Source: Saprolegnia diclina VS20 (Eukaryota). Taken from it: a stretch of DNA of 64,000 nt. Within the stretch, counting starts at the first letter, position 1. Each line of letters starts with the position of its first letter. Location: assembly GCF_000281045.1 (NCBI RefSeq), contig NW_008246085.1, forward strand, positions 373,749-437,748, in the 5' to 3' direction. Position numbers and translations under genes: made by a program. The notes under the pieces were generated by a model, which was not told the origin of the DNA, did no database searches, and worked only from the letters and a program-made list of their open reading frames with translations. This document shows positions 33,387-46,055 of this stretch, piece after piece.

Positions 33387-36300
33387 TTACTTGCCGCCTT
33401 GGCTCGCGCGGTTGGTTTGCCCGAGGAACTCGGCGTACGAGTACGTGCCGCCGTTGAAGCTCGCGCGATCTTCGACTAGCTTCCAGAAGAAGCGACCTTC
33501 GCCCGGCGCGCCTTCGCGCAGCACGTGGAGCTTGAGGAAGGCCGGGCGGTCTTCGCGGATCGCTGAGAAAATGTTGTGCAGGCGCGTGCCAAGGTCGTCT
33601 GTGGGCTCGACAAGCTGGAGTTCGCGCGAGTCCACGCCGTCGATGGTGTCGGTGCCAAAGAGGCTCTGGAGGAAGCGAGGCGAGACGTTGCGGCCGAGCC
33701 AGAGGTGCAGCGACACCGTGTCGTCCAGCAAGAAGGCGCCTTCCGTGTTGAGCCGGTCCACCGAGAGGTTGACCACGGGCGGCAGCTGGATCTGTTGCGC
33801 ACCGGCCGTCGTCACGCCCGGCGGGAGCTCGCCTTCGGCGATAGGCAGGCCGGCTTCTTGGGGCATCTCGAGGAGCGAGAAGAGGCGCGGGTAAATAAAC
33901 GTCCGGGACAGCGTCACCGAGAGGTTGTTGAGCGTATACTGCCACGCCGACCGCTCGTCCGAGCCAATGTCGTTGCCGCCGCGGAACGCCGGGTTCTTCA
34001 TGAGCGACATCTACACGGACTCGATCAATGTCCATTCATCCTACGTCGATACGGCCAAACAGTAACGTACAATGTACAGCGGCAGCAACTGCAGAGACTC
34101 GGGCAGCTGGAGCTGGTAGCCCGTGCTCGGGTTGGCCCCGTACGCACCGCTCGTGCGGTATGCGCGCGCAATGTCCGACGCAATCGTCTGCAGCTTGGTG
34201 CGCGCCGTGTTGAGACCGCTCTTGAGCGCGACCTCGAGGGCTACCCAACCATTTGCGATTGTCCAATATGCTGCAAAAGGAAGGTACCGTTTTTGGCGAT
34301 CAAATTGCACATCGCGTCAACGTCGACGGACCGGAAGACCTCGGCATACACTACACATATCGCGAGATAAGAATATAAGAATCGACATGTCGCAAAGGCG
34401 TACGCTTGGTCACAGGCACGGCGAGCGTGTGCACGCGGATGCGGCGCTCACCGCACGACGTGGTGTAGAGCAGCGCCGACTGGACGCAGATGACGCTGGC
34501 CGTCAAGAGCGCGTCGTTGTGCTCGAGCTCGATCGCAAAAGCGGCGTCGCGATGGACGTTGGGGAGCGCGAGGAGGTCCGGGCCGCGCAAGAACGAGTTG
34601 CCGTAAAAGTTGGAGAGGCGCATGCCCTTGGTCGCACGGACGCGCATGACGGCCTCCCACCCCGTCTCGCGCGTCAAGCAGTGCTGCAATTCGGCCGCAA
34701 ACTTGTCGCCATCGACAGACGCCGAGAAGTTGGGGTAGTAAAACACTTGGCCGGCCGAGTACTTGGACATGCACCCGAGCGACGCAAAGTCCGTGTACTG
34801 CGGCGAAAAGAGGAACGTGTCGACGCTGACTTGCTGCCGGCAAAACTCGATCGCGTTCTTGCGGTAAAACCTGCGTGTTGTGAGAATCCTGAACCGAGAT
34901 GGTGGTGGGACGCGTACGTGTCGACAGCGTTGAGTAAATTGTGCTCCTTGTCCGTGCCAAGGAGGCGCGTATCTTCGCGGTGCTTGAGCGCGCCCTGGCC
35001 CGCTGTCGGGAGCGAGCTCTGGAACACGAGCATCTTGCCGCCCACCGAGGTCTACGATGCGACGATAAGATCTTGGTGCTCGAGCGCATCGTGGCGCACC
35101 ATGAGACGGAAGGCGGCGCGAATCGCCGGGCCCAAGCACGTGTCGGGGTTGCGCGTGCCTTGGTGCATACGCGGCAGCATCTCCAATAAGCTCTCAATCA
35201 CATCCCGCGAGTCGCTATGTTAGAGCCTAAGTCGACGGCCAACACGATATATGGGCAGTCCACCTGAGGTTGACGAGGAGCTCGTCCGGAATCGGAATGA
35301 AGAGCTCGTTGATGTCGGGGACGATCATCATCTGCGGCGTCTTCAAGCCGGCCTTGAGGTTGTAGAAATGCACCGCGCTGTCGTAGGTAATCAAGCCAAA
35401 GCGCGTGCGCGGGTCGCCCGGGAGACTGTCGAGCTGCGACTGGATCGTTTCGGCGGCCACTTGCACCATGCCACTTGCAATGGCCTGCGCCGAGACGTCA
35501 ATGACAAAGACGTAGACGGGCGGCGTCGGCGGTCGCATCATGTACTCGGACGACGCAACAATCTCGACACTGCCGCACAGCTCCGGACGCTACAGGATGG
35601 ACATGAGGGATCACGTCGGCGACGCAGAAAAAGTCGGGAATCAGCGCACCTCGTCCTTGTCTTGGCGCTGGCCGTCCGGACCCAAATGGCAAAAGTACGA
35701 GCTCGGCACTAGGGACGCGGCATGAGACAAGAAGCTCATAAGGTGGGGTACCGTCGTTGGAGACACCGCAGAGGTTACAGCGCCACCGGCGGCCGTTGTC
35801 GACCCACTGCACGAACGGGTTGATGTACGTGCGGCACGACTTGCAGCGGACAACACCCGTAGCGCCAAAGTTGACGACTGGCAGCTACAAGGTGGCATGA
35901 GCACGCGATGCCGTCGCACGATCCGCGCACCTCCTTGCCGCCTTCGGGCTCGGCGAGGGGCTGGATGATGACACCCATTGGCAGGGCCGACTTGGTCGCG
36001 TGCTCTTGCGAGTGCGGGAGCGCGTTCACCGTCATGCGCATAAAGCGAGGGTCGCACTGCGCCGCCAAGGACGCTTCCGAGATGGCGCCAGGCGGCGGCA
36101 TTTGCTGGCCATACCCGCCCTGGTGAAAGTCCCCACTCGGAATCCCGCCCTGCTGCGCCGGTGGGTACTGCCCTTGCGGGTACTGTCCCGGCGGACCAGG
36201 TGGACCTTGGTTCGTGGGAGCACCCTGGTACATCGGACCGGGAGGGCCTTGACCCATCGGCGGGCCTTGACCCATCGGCGGGCCTTGACCCATCGGCGGG

Positions 36301-36950
36301 CCTTGACCCATCGGAGGGCCTTGACCCATCGGCGGGCCTTGCGGCGGACCACGTGCCATGGGTGGGCCTTGATGCATGGGACCGGGGGGACCTTGATGCA
36401 TAGGGCCTGGAGCACCTTGGTGCATGGGACCGGGACCTTGGCCAGGAGGGCCTGACGGGCCAACAGACATGCGGTTGAACGCGCTGTTCAGGCCAGCATC
36501 CGGGCCAGGTGCGCCCACTTGAGGCGGCCCTCGCGGCGCCGCACCATATTGCTGAGGTGGCGCTCCCATCTGTGGCGGGCCGCGCGCAGGGCCGCCGAAC
36601 TGCTGAGGGGGTCCTTGGCCGGGAGCACCAAACTGCTGCGGGGCCGCGACCTGCGGCGGGCCACGCGGGCCACCGAACTGCTGCGGAGGTCCTTGACCAG
36701 GAGCGCCGAGTTGTTGCGGTGGCGCTTGGCCCGGAGCGCCGTACTGCTGCGGTGGCGCTTGGCCGGGAGCGCCAAACGACCGAGGTGCGGCCGGGTTGAA
36801 AGGCTGCGGCGGGCCCCGGGCGCCAGCCGAGTTTGGCTGCTGGAAGCCACCAGGTGCAGGCGGTGGCTGGCTTTGACCTTGCTGTGCTGGGTTGAACGGG
36901 CGGAAGGCGCCTTGGCTGCCCGGCGGCTGCGAGTTGAACGGTGGATTCAT
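33387..36950 (-). CDS. SEC24: COPII coat subunit Sec24 (copy B), inverted relative to copy A
   Basis: Complete gene: P/G/Q-rich N-terminus from MNPPFNSQ, zinc finger, trunk, beta-sandwich and gelsolin domains. Same intron positions as copy A. Confidence 0.95.
36244..36341 (-). repeat. Coding minisatellite, 18-bp unit x ~5.4 (GPPMGQ)
   Basis: gggccttgacccatcggc repeated head-to-tail with one variant base, inside the Pro-rich N-terminus of SEC24 copy B. Confidence 0.9.
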
Positions 36951-37825
36951 GTCCCTCGCCTCTATCTTATGCGCTTGGCGATACCTACGTACGTCTTGAT
37001 GAGTACCTTCATCAAGCTACGTTGGTTGATCGCAGCACGCTGGAGCAGGCTGCGACCATGGTCATCTTCGAGCGACGTCCATCGGCCAGGCGCGTACCTC
37101 GCTCGACTTGGGGTCGCCGTTTGCGTTTTGCGTTCGTGGTGGAGTATTAGGAGACATCATTTAGAAGAGGTTTTATTGAGTTTCACGGGCACCAGCCCCC
37201 TCCTGTGTGAAATGACTGCGGTGTCAAATGCGCATGGGGCCATTTCATTGGTCCAGGCCATGTGTGCGAACAATATTGACCAATCAGATGCGTACAAGTC
37301 GCCGGCCAAAGCAATAAGATCCAAGACACGGTCCAGCGGCCGCGGAGAGCGCCACGCGCAACAGAGACGACCATGCCACGGACAAGCCGCGCGCAAGATG
37401 GCAGTCATCATGCTGCTTCGTCCTAGGGACATGGAAGCCAACTACCTCGTACGTAAGTCGATGCTTCTCGATGAGTGGTCGGGCAATGCTATCGACACAG
37501 CAGGGCTCAGGAGCACATCAGGCCAAGGTCGTGGAGCCACGAGTCGTCAAGGTTTGAGACGGCCGACTACAAGGAGGTGGTCTTCATGTCGGAAGACTGG
37601 TGAGCGGCAGATGGTACTTAAGCTGTCGCAGCGTCAACCGTTGATCGTAGTAGTACTGCACCGGTCAAGTACGTGCCGGCGGGGCGAAGAGTTTTAGGAA
37701 GAGTTCGGTTTGTCACTTCATTACATCGCTTAATGGTGGTCCACTCCACGTTGTCTCCCCGTGAAGGGTACCGCGATGGGTAGTCCAAGAGTCTTGCACA
37801 CCGCTAGAAGAAGGCGCAAGCGCAC

Positions 37826-38667
37826 TTACTTCTTGACAGCGGCCGCCTTGACCTCAGAAGCCTTACGGCTGCTGCGGCGCTTGGCGATCTCCGAGGCACG
37901 GCGGTCCTTCTGCTCCTTAACACGCTACAGTGCCAATGGTGAATAAGGAGCAGGAAAAAGCCCCGAGGAAGACAAATGTTAGTCGCTTTCCTGATGGGGC
38001 GGAATGAGAGAGGGCGGCGTACCTGGGTGTAGAGGCGCGAGTACTCGGCGGCGTCGCTCTTGACCTTCTCGCGCTGCGAGAGCTTGCGAGCGGCGATCTG
38101 GCGCTTGTGGTGGAGCGTGCGCGGGGTGACGAGGCGCTGGATCTTGGGGGCCTTGTCGTTCTTCTTGCCCGTCTTCGAGTCGAACTTGCGGCGGATGACG
38201 TACTTGCGGACATCGTCCTCCTTCGTCAAGTTGAAGAGCTTGCGGATGTTCGAGGCACGCTTGGGGCCGAGGCGGCGCGGGATGTGGCCATCCGTCAAGC
38301 CGGGGACATCGTTGTCGCCAGCCTTGACGACGACGAGGTTGAGGACCGAAAGATCGGGGCCGACGATGCAACCGCGGACCGACTTGCGCTTGCGCTCACC
38401 CTTGCGGCGGGGACGGTAGCACGTCTTGCCCTTCGAGAGAAGAAGGCGGGCACGGCCGTTGGTGAGGACACCCTGCTTCATGGGGAAACCCTGCTTGTCG
38501 TTACCGCCCGAGATACGGAAGACGAAGCCCTTGAACTCCTCGCCGAGGTGCTCGCCTTCGACTTCCTGCGCCATGCGCTTCTCGTAGAAGGCGCGGAGCT
38601 TGAGCTCGTCATCGCATTCGATGACCTTCTGCATCCCGGTGTGGGGGTTAGCGATGTTAAGCTTCAT
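37826..38667 (-). CDS. RPS6: 40S ribosomal protein S6 (eS6), one intron 37925-38022
   Basis: [69 protein letters not shown]. The spliced tail is [32 protein letters not shown]. Confidence 0.97.
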
Positions 38668-38828
38668 GGTTTGAGTGACTACGGAAGGAAGGAAGCATGA
38701 GGCGCGTGTTCATAGAGGGCCAGGAGCGCAGGCGTCTACTTGGGCGCTAGCTCCATGGGGCCGCGAGGTTTCTTACCGCTAAGACAAACGGACAATGAAA
38801 AGCACCAGGGGCGCTGCCTACTTTGACA

Positions 38829-38962
38829 CCAATAAATTCCATGCCACTTCGAAGCCAACCATTCATTTGCCTGCAGCCAATCACGAGCGAGAACCATTCC
38901 ACCAATCGCACGCGATGAACCAGTTTCTCGTCCAATCAGCGCGCGAATTGATACGCACCAAT
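38829..38962. promoter_or_regulatory. Cluster of five CCAAT boxes upstream of RPS6
   Basis: CCAAT at 38829, 38877, 38902, 38932 and 38958; the last four are followed by C(A/G). Confidence 0.55.
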
Positions 38963-40481
38963 CACGGACGAGATTACACGCGTGACAACCAAGATGGACC
39001 CTCCCGCCAGCACGCGGACGACCGGCGAAGCAGGCGCCTCGTGCTCGGGGCGATCGCGATGATACGACCTCTACCGTAGTAGAATGAATGGGGTCGGCTT
39101 CGAGACGTGTGCTAGTCTCCGGTTGGAAGCGTAGACGGTGTCAAGGCAGACGCTGTCGCCGGGAGCGGACGCCGCGACTAGCACACCAGCCATGCACACG
39201 CGAGATGCTACGCTGGTACCTCGTGAGCACTCTAAACAAAACACTCTAAACAAAGCGGTCAAGCAGGTTTCGGCTAGCTTTTTTATTACAGTACACGTTG
39301 CGAGCGAGTAAGGACTTGCGGTGCGGGTTCTGAAATGCTCGTACCGACATGACTGTGTCGTGAGCGTGGTCAAAGCCATCCAAAATGGCAGGTGCACCCT
39401 CCTTCAAAGTGCACTGTAAGTCAAGGCGGCGGGCCGAGGTTGGACGCTTTCTTGTCGTTGAAATAAGTTTCTCTGCTGTGTCGAAGGTTTTTGGATCGAG
39501 TGTCGGTCGGTCCTCGTCGTGCTGGCGAATAGGGGCGGACTGTGGAGTTCCGTGGCGCTTGCACTACGTACGAAAGGCGAGGCTTCCCGTCATGCTACTT
39601 GTAATTTGACGCGGACGGAAACAGGCGCCTACGACCTTGTGCACGACGAACAAGATGTGTACCAATCGGCAACCAACGCAGGGCGGAGCGAAGCGCGTTG
39701 CCCGAGCCCCCACAATCATTTGGGCACAGCCTCGTATCCATTGTGTCTCTCGCTTCTGCAACGACGCAAGCTGGATCAAGTCGGCGAGTCTCTCGACACG
39801 AAGAGCAAACAGCCGCGTACTAAACGGCCATGTACTAGGTGCCAATTGTTGAGCCAAGGGCATGGTCAAATTCATTTTCAGCCATGCTGCAGCTGCTGCA
39901 AACACCCAAGGTCTCGCCATCAGGTGCACACACCTGGACCACGTCCATCTCGTAATCGTGAGCCTTGGAGCGCCGAAGCTTTGTAGATCAACCACGGATC
40001 ATGGACCACATTCCACGGAGTTGTGGGTTGGACGAGCGTCGCGCCCTCACACAACGACTTGGTGGCTATGTGATGCGCCATTTCCCTTCTCGCGATCTAA
40101 CTACAAACACTCAAAAACTTGTTCGATCGTCTCGTCCAGCGCGCGGCGAGCGTACTGGTACGAATAGCACGAGGGTTTGTTGGCCGCCAACTTACCGACG
40201 TCGCTTCTTAGCCGCGTACCGGTAGTCGAGATTCGAGCGTGGAGCTTATCAACACGGCTGTAGGTAAGTTAGCAAGATGTGGAGAACGAAAGCCTAACTC
40301 GTTGCGGCCGAGCCTCGAACAATTCTGTCCATTGTGCTGTGGACTGCTGAACGCCCTCCATCTGAGGGAATTCCCCCTGAAGTCCCCAGAAGTTCGCTCG
40401 AGTTGAACTTTACCGGGAGCCAATCAGCAATGCGGGATCCGAGACCAATCGTATTGGGCGCATTTCCATCGCCGCCGAACA

Positions 40482-41702
40482 ATGGGGAACTCTGCCTCGA
40501 CGCCTGCCGCGCCGCCCGCTGCTCCTGCTGCCGCCTGCCCCGTCAAGCACGAGGCTCCGGCGCCTGCCGCCCAAGGCGGCTGCCCTGTCAAGCATGACGC
40601 TATGCCGGCTGAGGGCGGCTGCCCCGTGAAGAAGAAGGGCCCGGTCTACAACGTGTACAACCAGGAGATCGACCCGACCAACATGATGCCTGTCAACCCG
40701 AACCAGGAGCCCAAGGACGGGCAGAAGTACCCGCTTGACACGAACCGCGTCCAGTCGACGATCCCCAAGGGCGGCACCGAAGGCACGTGGTCGTACCCGT
40801 CGGAGCAAATGTTCTTCAACGCGCTCAAGCGCAAGGGTAAGGGCGAGGACGTCCACGAAGGCCACATCAACACGATTGTGAGCATCCACAACAACATGAA
40901 CGAGCGCGCGTGGGAGCAGGTTGCGGCCTACGAAGAGATGTGCCACCCGGGCTCCGAGACGAAGCTGCTGCGCTTCATGGGCCGCCCCGACGACTTGACG
41001 CCCCTCGCGCGCCTCAAGCTGCTTCTCGGGTACGCTCAGGCTTTCACCACCTAGTAGTAGATGTCTCACGCTTCAGAACGTAGCCACGGCAAGCCCTTTG
41101 ACCGCCACGACTGGATCGTCGTCCGCAAGGACAACACCGAAGTCCGCTACGTCATCGACTACTACTTTGACGAAAACAAGACGGCGGAGGACAAGGTGCC
41201 AGAGCTCCACGACGCGACGAGCGTCAAGTCCATCTCGATGTACGCGCGTCCGGCCATCGATGACATTGGCAGCCTCGTCGACCGCATCAAGTACCCGATC
41301 CTCGACTTTTTGAACGGCCAGCGGACTCCGGTCTTCCCCAAGCCGTCGGCGTCGCAGGACGACGAGCCCGCGGCCACGGACAAGCTCTCGGTCGCCGAGG
41401 TCGAAGAGACGTTTGGCAAGATCCAGGCCAAGTGCCACAGCTGCTTTGTCGACGTCAAGACGTGCGACTCGGACGAAAAGTGCGAAGCCGCCGCGACCGC
41501 ACTCCAGTTTTGCATGGCGACGATCTTGTGCCAGCCGCAGGCCGCGCAGTTCTCGGCCGCGCTCGCGTCGGGCGACGACGCCAAGATGCAGGCGGCGTAC
41601 GAGACCATGGGCACGTGCGTCGAGTCCTTTGAAGACCGTGCGCGCGACGCCATGGCGCTCCAAGCGCGCCTCGTCCTCGAGAAGAAGAAGAACGAATCCT
41701 AG
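40482..41702 (+). CDS. HCCS: Holocytochrome c synthase (cytochrome c/c1 heme lyase) with Cys-rich C-terminal extension
   Basis: MGNSAS myristoylation-like start; three CPV heme-regulatory motifs; [62 protein letters not shown]. One intron at ~41030-41083. Confidence 0.95.
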
Positions 41703-41761
41703 TGTAGTAGCATTGTATAGACCGCTTAGCAAACAACCATCTCTACGCGCGGGTGTTGTGC

Positions 41762-42906
41762 TCACATCTCGTCCAAGTCGAGAATGTCATCCTCGTCCTC
41801 ATCATGGGTTGGTGCTTCGTAAGCCTCGTCGACCGACTCGGCAAAATGCACCTTGCTCTCTTCGTCCATGCGGGCACGGCGCTGGCGCTCAACCTCGGCG
41901 GCCGACGGCTCGGTTGCCGGCGATGTCGCCTTCTTGGTCGTGCGGCGCTTGAGTGTCACGGGCTTTGTGAGCGTCTTGGTCGCCGACGCGACGGGGGCAG
42001 CTACACGCTCGGCCACAAACTGGTCGACGGCCAGCTGCTCAAAATACGACGTGTGCGGCGTTGCATGGAGCGTGATGACACCCGCTTCGTCCTTGGACTT
42101 TTGAAAGAGCATAACGCGGTGGTCCCGCTTGGTGGAGGACGGCCAGAGCGACTCGACCGAGAGCTTGAGAATGCCCGCGTCGGCCCACACAAACTTGGCG
42201 CCGCGCTGCGCGTGCATGAGGTCTTGGAGCCATTTTTTCTGGAATTGCTCGAGCTTCTTGTTCGCCGCGCGGTACACGAGAATGCACGGCGCGGACTTGG
42301 AGAGGCACTTGTCGTCGAGCTGCGCCGTTGTCTGGATCTCGTGGAGCTGCTTGGCGGTCTGCGCGAGCGCTTGTGCTGCCAGGGCGCGCGGCTTTTGCAA
42401 ATAATTCAAAAAGAGCTAGCCAGAAGATATTGCGTCGTTCCGTGAAGAAAAGGCGTCGTATGTACCTGCTTGGGCTTTTCGCCGTTGGCGACCGTAAACA
42501 CGGTCGGCGAGATGTCGCGACGCATGCTAAACTTGCTAAAGACACTCTTCCCGGATGGGTGGAGGTCGTCGCAGTCGAGGACACCAACGTGCATTTTGCC
42601 GAGGAGGCGCTCGGACGCCTTGTCAAAGACCTCAGGCAGCACCGTGTCGGCGTTGGCGCAGAGCACGACCCATGGCTCGCCCGACTTGAAGACGCGCTCG
42701 ACGAGAGGCGCGTCGTCGAGGCGAATCTGGTGCAGACGTGCCTCCGAGTAGCTAAACTGGATGAAGAAGCCGGCAAAAAGTGCGACGATAATGGAGCCGA
42801 CGACCGAGAGCGCGAGCCAGTGGTCGCGCCACATGCGGTGCTCCATGAACATCTTGAGCTCCTTGGCATTGCTCGCGCCGCCGCTTCCTTTGCCACCACG
42901 TGCCAT
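41762..42906 (-). CDS. Type II membrane protein with non-catalytic thioredoxin-like folds and acidic C-terminus
   Basis: TM WLALSVVGSIIVALFAGFFI; VFKSGEPWVVLC...MHVGVLDC...PTVFTVANG resembles a Trx fold without CxxC. One intron at ~42416-42464. Ends DEDEDDILDLDEM*. Confidence 0.6.
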
Positions 42907-43937
42907 GGCGTCAGCGAGGTGCGGGAAATGGTCAGGGAAAAACCACTCGATACAATACTCAAGTCAAATAGTTTCTCACGCCGTGCGATTCAAATGAGCC
43001 AATGGCCTTCGAGGATACGCCAACAAGCGACAGGATTGGTTCAAATTCGGTCGTCGGCAACCGCAGATTGCCACGCTGCACACAACCAATTGGAGCACCG
43101 GGTAAAATCCATGGGTAAAATCCCACGCGTCCCGTGTGTTTTACGTGAAAAATGATTGTCGGGACATCCCTTCCGTCCCACCTCCCCGTCCCGCCCAAGC
43201 CGAAGTCATTTCGCACACCTGCCTACACACTCGCCCGAAAAGGTGGCGTCGCAGAGTTGCAGTGAAAGCAAAGCGGACCGTGAAGAGCCTTTCTCGTCCA
43301 AATGTCCCTTTCGAGCTCCGTCGTGATGTCAGCACTGCCAAGATTGCCAGTCGTCACCTCGTGATGCTAAATGGCATGAAAAACTTAGTCTCTGCAATCA
43401 GAAATGAGTTGCCGCTTGGAACAAGACGGCAGTTGCTTCGGGAAGGGACGGCTTCATGGATACGATGGGCACGGCCTCGCGCTCGCGAATTCGCGAGTCC
43501 TCGCGATGTCCCGTTTTTCACATTATTCACGGCCTGTCCACTCCAAGCCAATCCCGAGGCATCGCAGTGGATTTTTTATTCTGGCCAATCACAGCCTCGT
43601 AGGGAGATTCCACGGAAACGATTGGTGGAAATCACAGTCGGCGTGTTGAACTGACGTGCGGCGCGTCGAAGAATCTTCCGCGTGTATACAGCGCGATCCA
43701 GAATATTATTTTACCATTATCCTTTCAAATACCATCGCTTTTGTATGGCGGTGCGAAAGGCGGGCATTAAAAGAGGATGTAATTAAATAAAAACGCGACC
43801 GATTGCAGTTCCGAAGGTCATTTTGTGATCTTGAAGGTCGTTGCGAGGTAGAAGCATCCTGCGGAAGGAAGCGCCGAGGCTCATGGAGCTCTTCCTCGGT
43901 CCATTAGGTTCATTCTTCCATCCTCCATCTACGCAGC

Positions 43938-45510
43938 ATGAGCGACGACCAAGCGACGAGCTGCACGTACAAGCACCAGGCCTTGACCATCTTTGTCATT
44001 GGCGCGTCCGGCGACCTCGCCAAGAAGAAGGTATACATGCACAAGCCATACCCGTCCATGCACCAACCTCATGCTGCAATGTGACTAGACATACCCGTCG
44101 CTCTTTGATCTCTTTGAGCACGGCTTCTTGCCGCCGCATACGATCATTGTCGGGTACGCGCGGTCCAAGAAGTCGGACGCAGAGTTCCGCGAGTTCATCG
44201 GTGGCTACCTCAAGACGAAAGACGAGGCGAAGAAGGCTGCGTTCTTGGACATGTGCATCTACCGCGCGGGCGCGTACGACTCGGCCTCGGACGTGGGCGC
44301 CGTCAGCAAGGAGATGAGCCTCCTCGAGAACGCGACGGGCTTTGCGATCAAGAACCGCCTCTTCTACTTTGCGATTCCACCCAACGTGTTTGTGCCCATT
44401 GGTACGTCCATCAAGGCGTCGGCGCTCTCGAGCGCGGGCTGGAACCGCCTCATCGTCGAGAAGCCGTTTGGGCACGACCTCGCGTCCTTCAGCGAGCTCT
44501 CGCGGGACATGAGCGCGCTCTTCACCGAAGACGAGATTTACCGCATCGACCACTACCTCGGGAAGGAAATGGTGCAGAACCTCATGCTGCTCCGGTTCGC
44601 CAACAACACGTTCGAGCCGCTATGGAACCGCAACTACATCTCGAGCGTCATGATTACGTTCAAGGAAGACATTGGCACGCAGGGCCGCGGCGGGTACTTT
44701 GACTCGTATGGCATCATCCGCGACGTGATGCAGAACCACCTCCTCCAAGTGCTCTCGCTCGTCGCGATGGAGCCGCCGGTCCGTGCGTCCGGCGCCGACT
44801 ACTCGAACTTTGTACGCGATGAGAAGGTCAAGGTGCTCGAGTGCATTGACCCGCTCACGCTTGAGAACACCGTGATGGGCCAGTACACGGGCAACGACAA
44901 GGAGGTCGGGTACCTCGACGACCCGACCGTGCCCCAGGGCTCGGTCACGCCGACGTTTGCGACCGTCGTTATGAACATTAAGAACGCGCGCTGGGACGGC
45001 GTGCCGTTTATCATGAAGGCCGGGAAGGCGCTCAACGAGCGCAAGGTCGAGGTGCGCATCCAATTCAAGCCCGCGCCGGGCGCGTCGCACATGTTTCTGG
45101 GCGCGGAGATTCCGCGGAACGAGCTCGTGCTGCGTCTCCAGCCCAACGAGGCCGTCTACATGAAGACCAATGTCAAGTCGCCAGGCCTCTCGACCAAGGC
45201 GGTCGCGAGTGAGCTTGATTTGACGTATCACGAGCGCTACGCCGACACGTACCTGCCGGACGCCTACACGCGCCTCGTGCTCGACGTGCTCCGCGGGAAG
45301 CAGGCCACGTTTGTCCGCGACGACGAGCTCAAGGCGGCGTGGAAGATCTTTACACCTCTCCTCAACGAGATCGAGTCGAACCGCATTCAGCCCACCCCGT
45401 ACGCGTTTGGCTCGCGCGGCCCCAAAGAGTCGGACGAGCTCGTCAAGAAGTTCGGCTTTGAGTACCACAGCGGCACGTACACGTACGCGCGCAAGGGCTC
45501 GCTGCTATAA
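43938..45510 (+). CDS. G6PD: Glucose-6-phosphate 1-dehydrogenase
   Basis: GASGDLAKKK|TYPSLF (intron 44031-44089), RLFYFAIPP, IVEKPFG, RIDHYLGKE, GRGGYFD, IIRDVMQNHLLQ, RWDGVPF, FVRDDEL. Confidence 0.97.
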
Positions 45511-46055
45511 GCACATGAATAAGACTCTGTATCAAGTATGCACATAGCAGCAAACTGCATTCTCGTGGCCCGACCGTCGTCCGCACATCGCTCACGGTGT
45601 CGTGCCTGCCGATACCATTGCAGGAAGGCCTGGCGGATGGCACTGCCGAGAGAGCGGCAGCCCGAGGTGGTGGTCAGTGGCCGCACGCTAGCTCGACCAG
45701 CGCAGTACGCTTGTCGCCGGAACCATCCAGCGCCGTATCCAATGCCCATGCTGAGCCAGCTTGCTATGCCAGCGGCGCGACACGTGCCCGCTGGACGCGA
45801 CGAGCAACCGCCCACGTTGCCGTGACCGCCAGCCAGACCGTCGTTGCATGGTGGCTTAGAGTACCTGCCTTACGGAGCCACTTGCACGGAGAGCCTGCAT
45901 GGCGCGTGGCAGCACGGCCACAGCGTGTGGGAGCTGCTTGACAACGATCGTGGCGTGGTGGCGGGCGAGGTCGTCGACGGTCGTCTTTTTAGCCAATCAG
46001 AACGTAGGATCGTGGTATTTTTACAAGGTTCGCAAAACCAGCATCGGCGCGGACG

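Noticed and set aside
39000..40400. Possible gene or transposon remnant between RPS6 and HCCS
   Set aside because: No terminal repeats, transposase/RT motifs or coding-like frame found.
45560..46050. ORFs upstream of the ArfGAP as an extra gene or 5' exons
   Set aside because: Could not build a frame-consistent spliced model.
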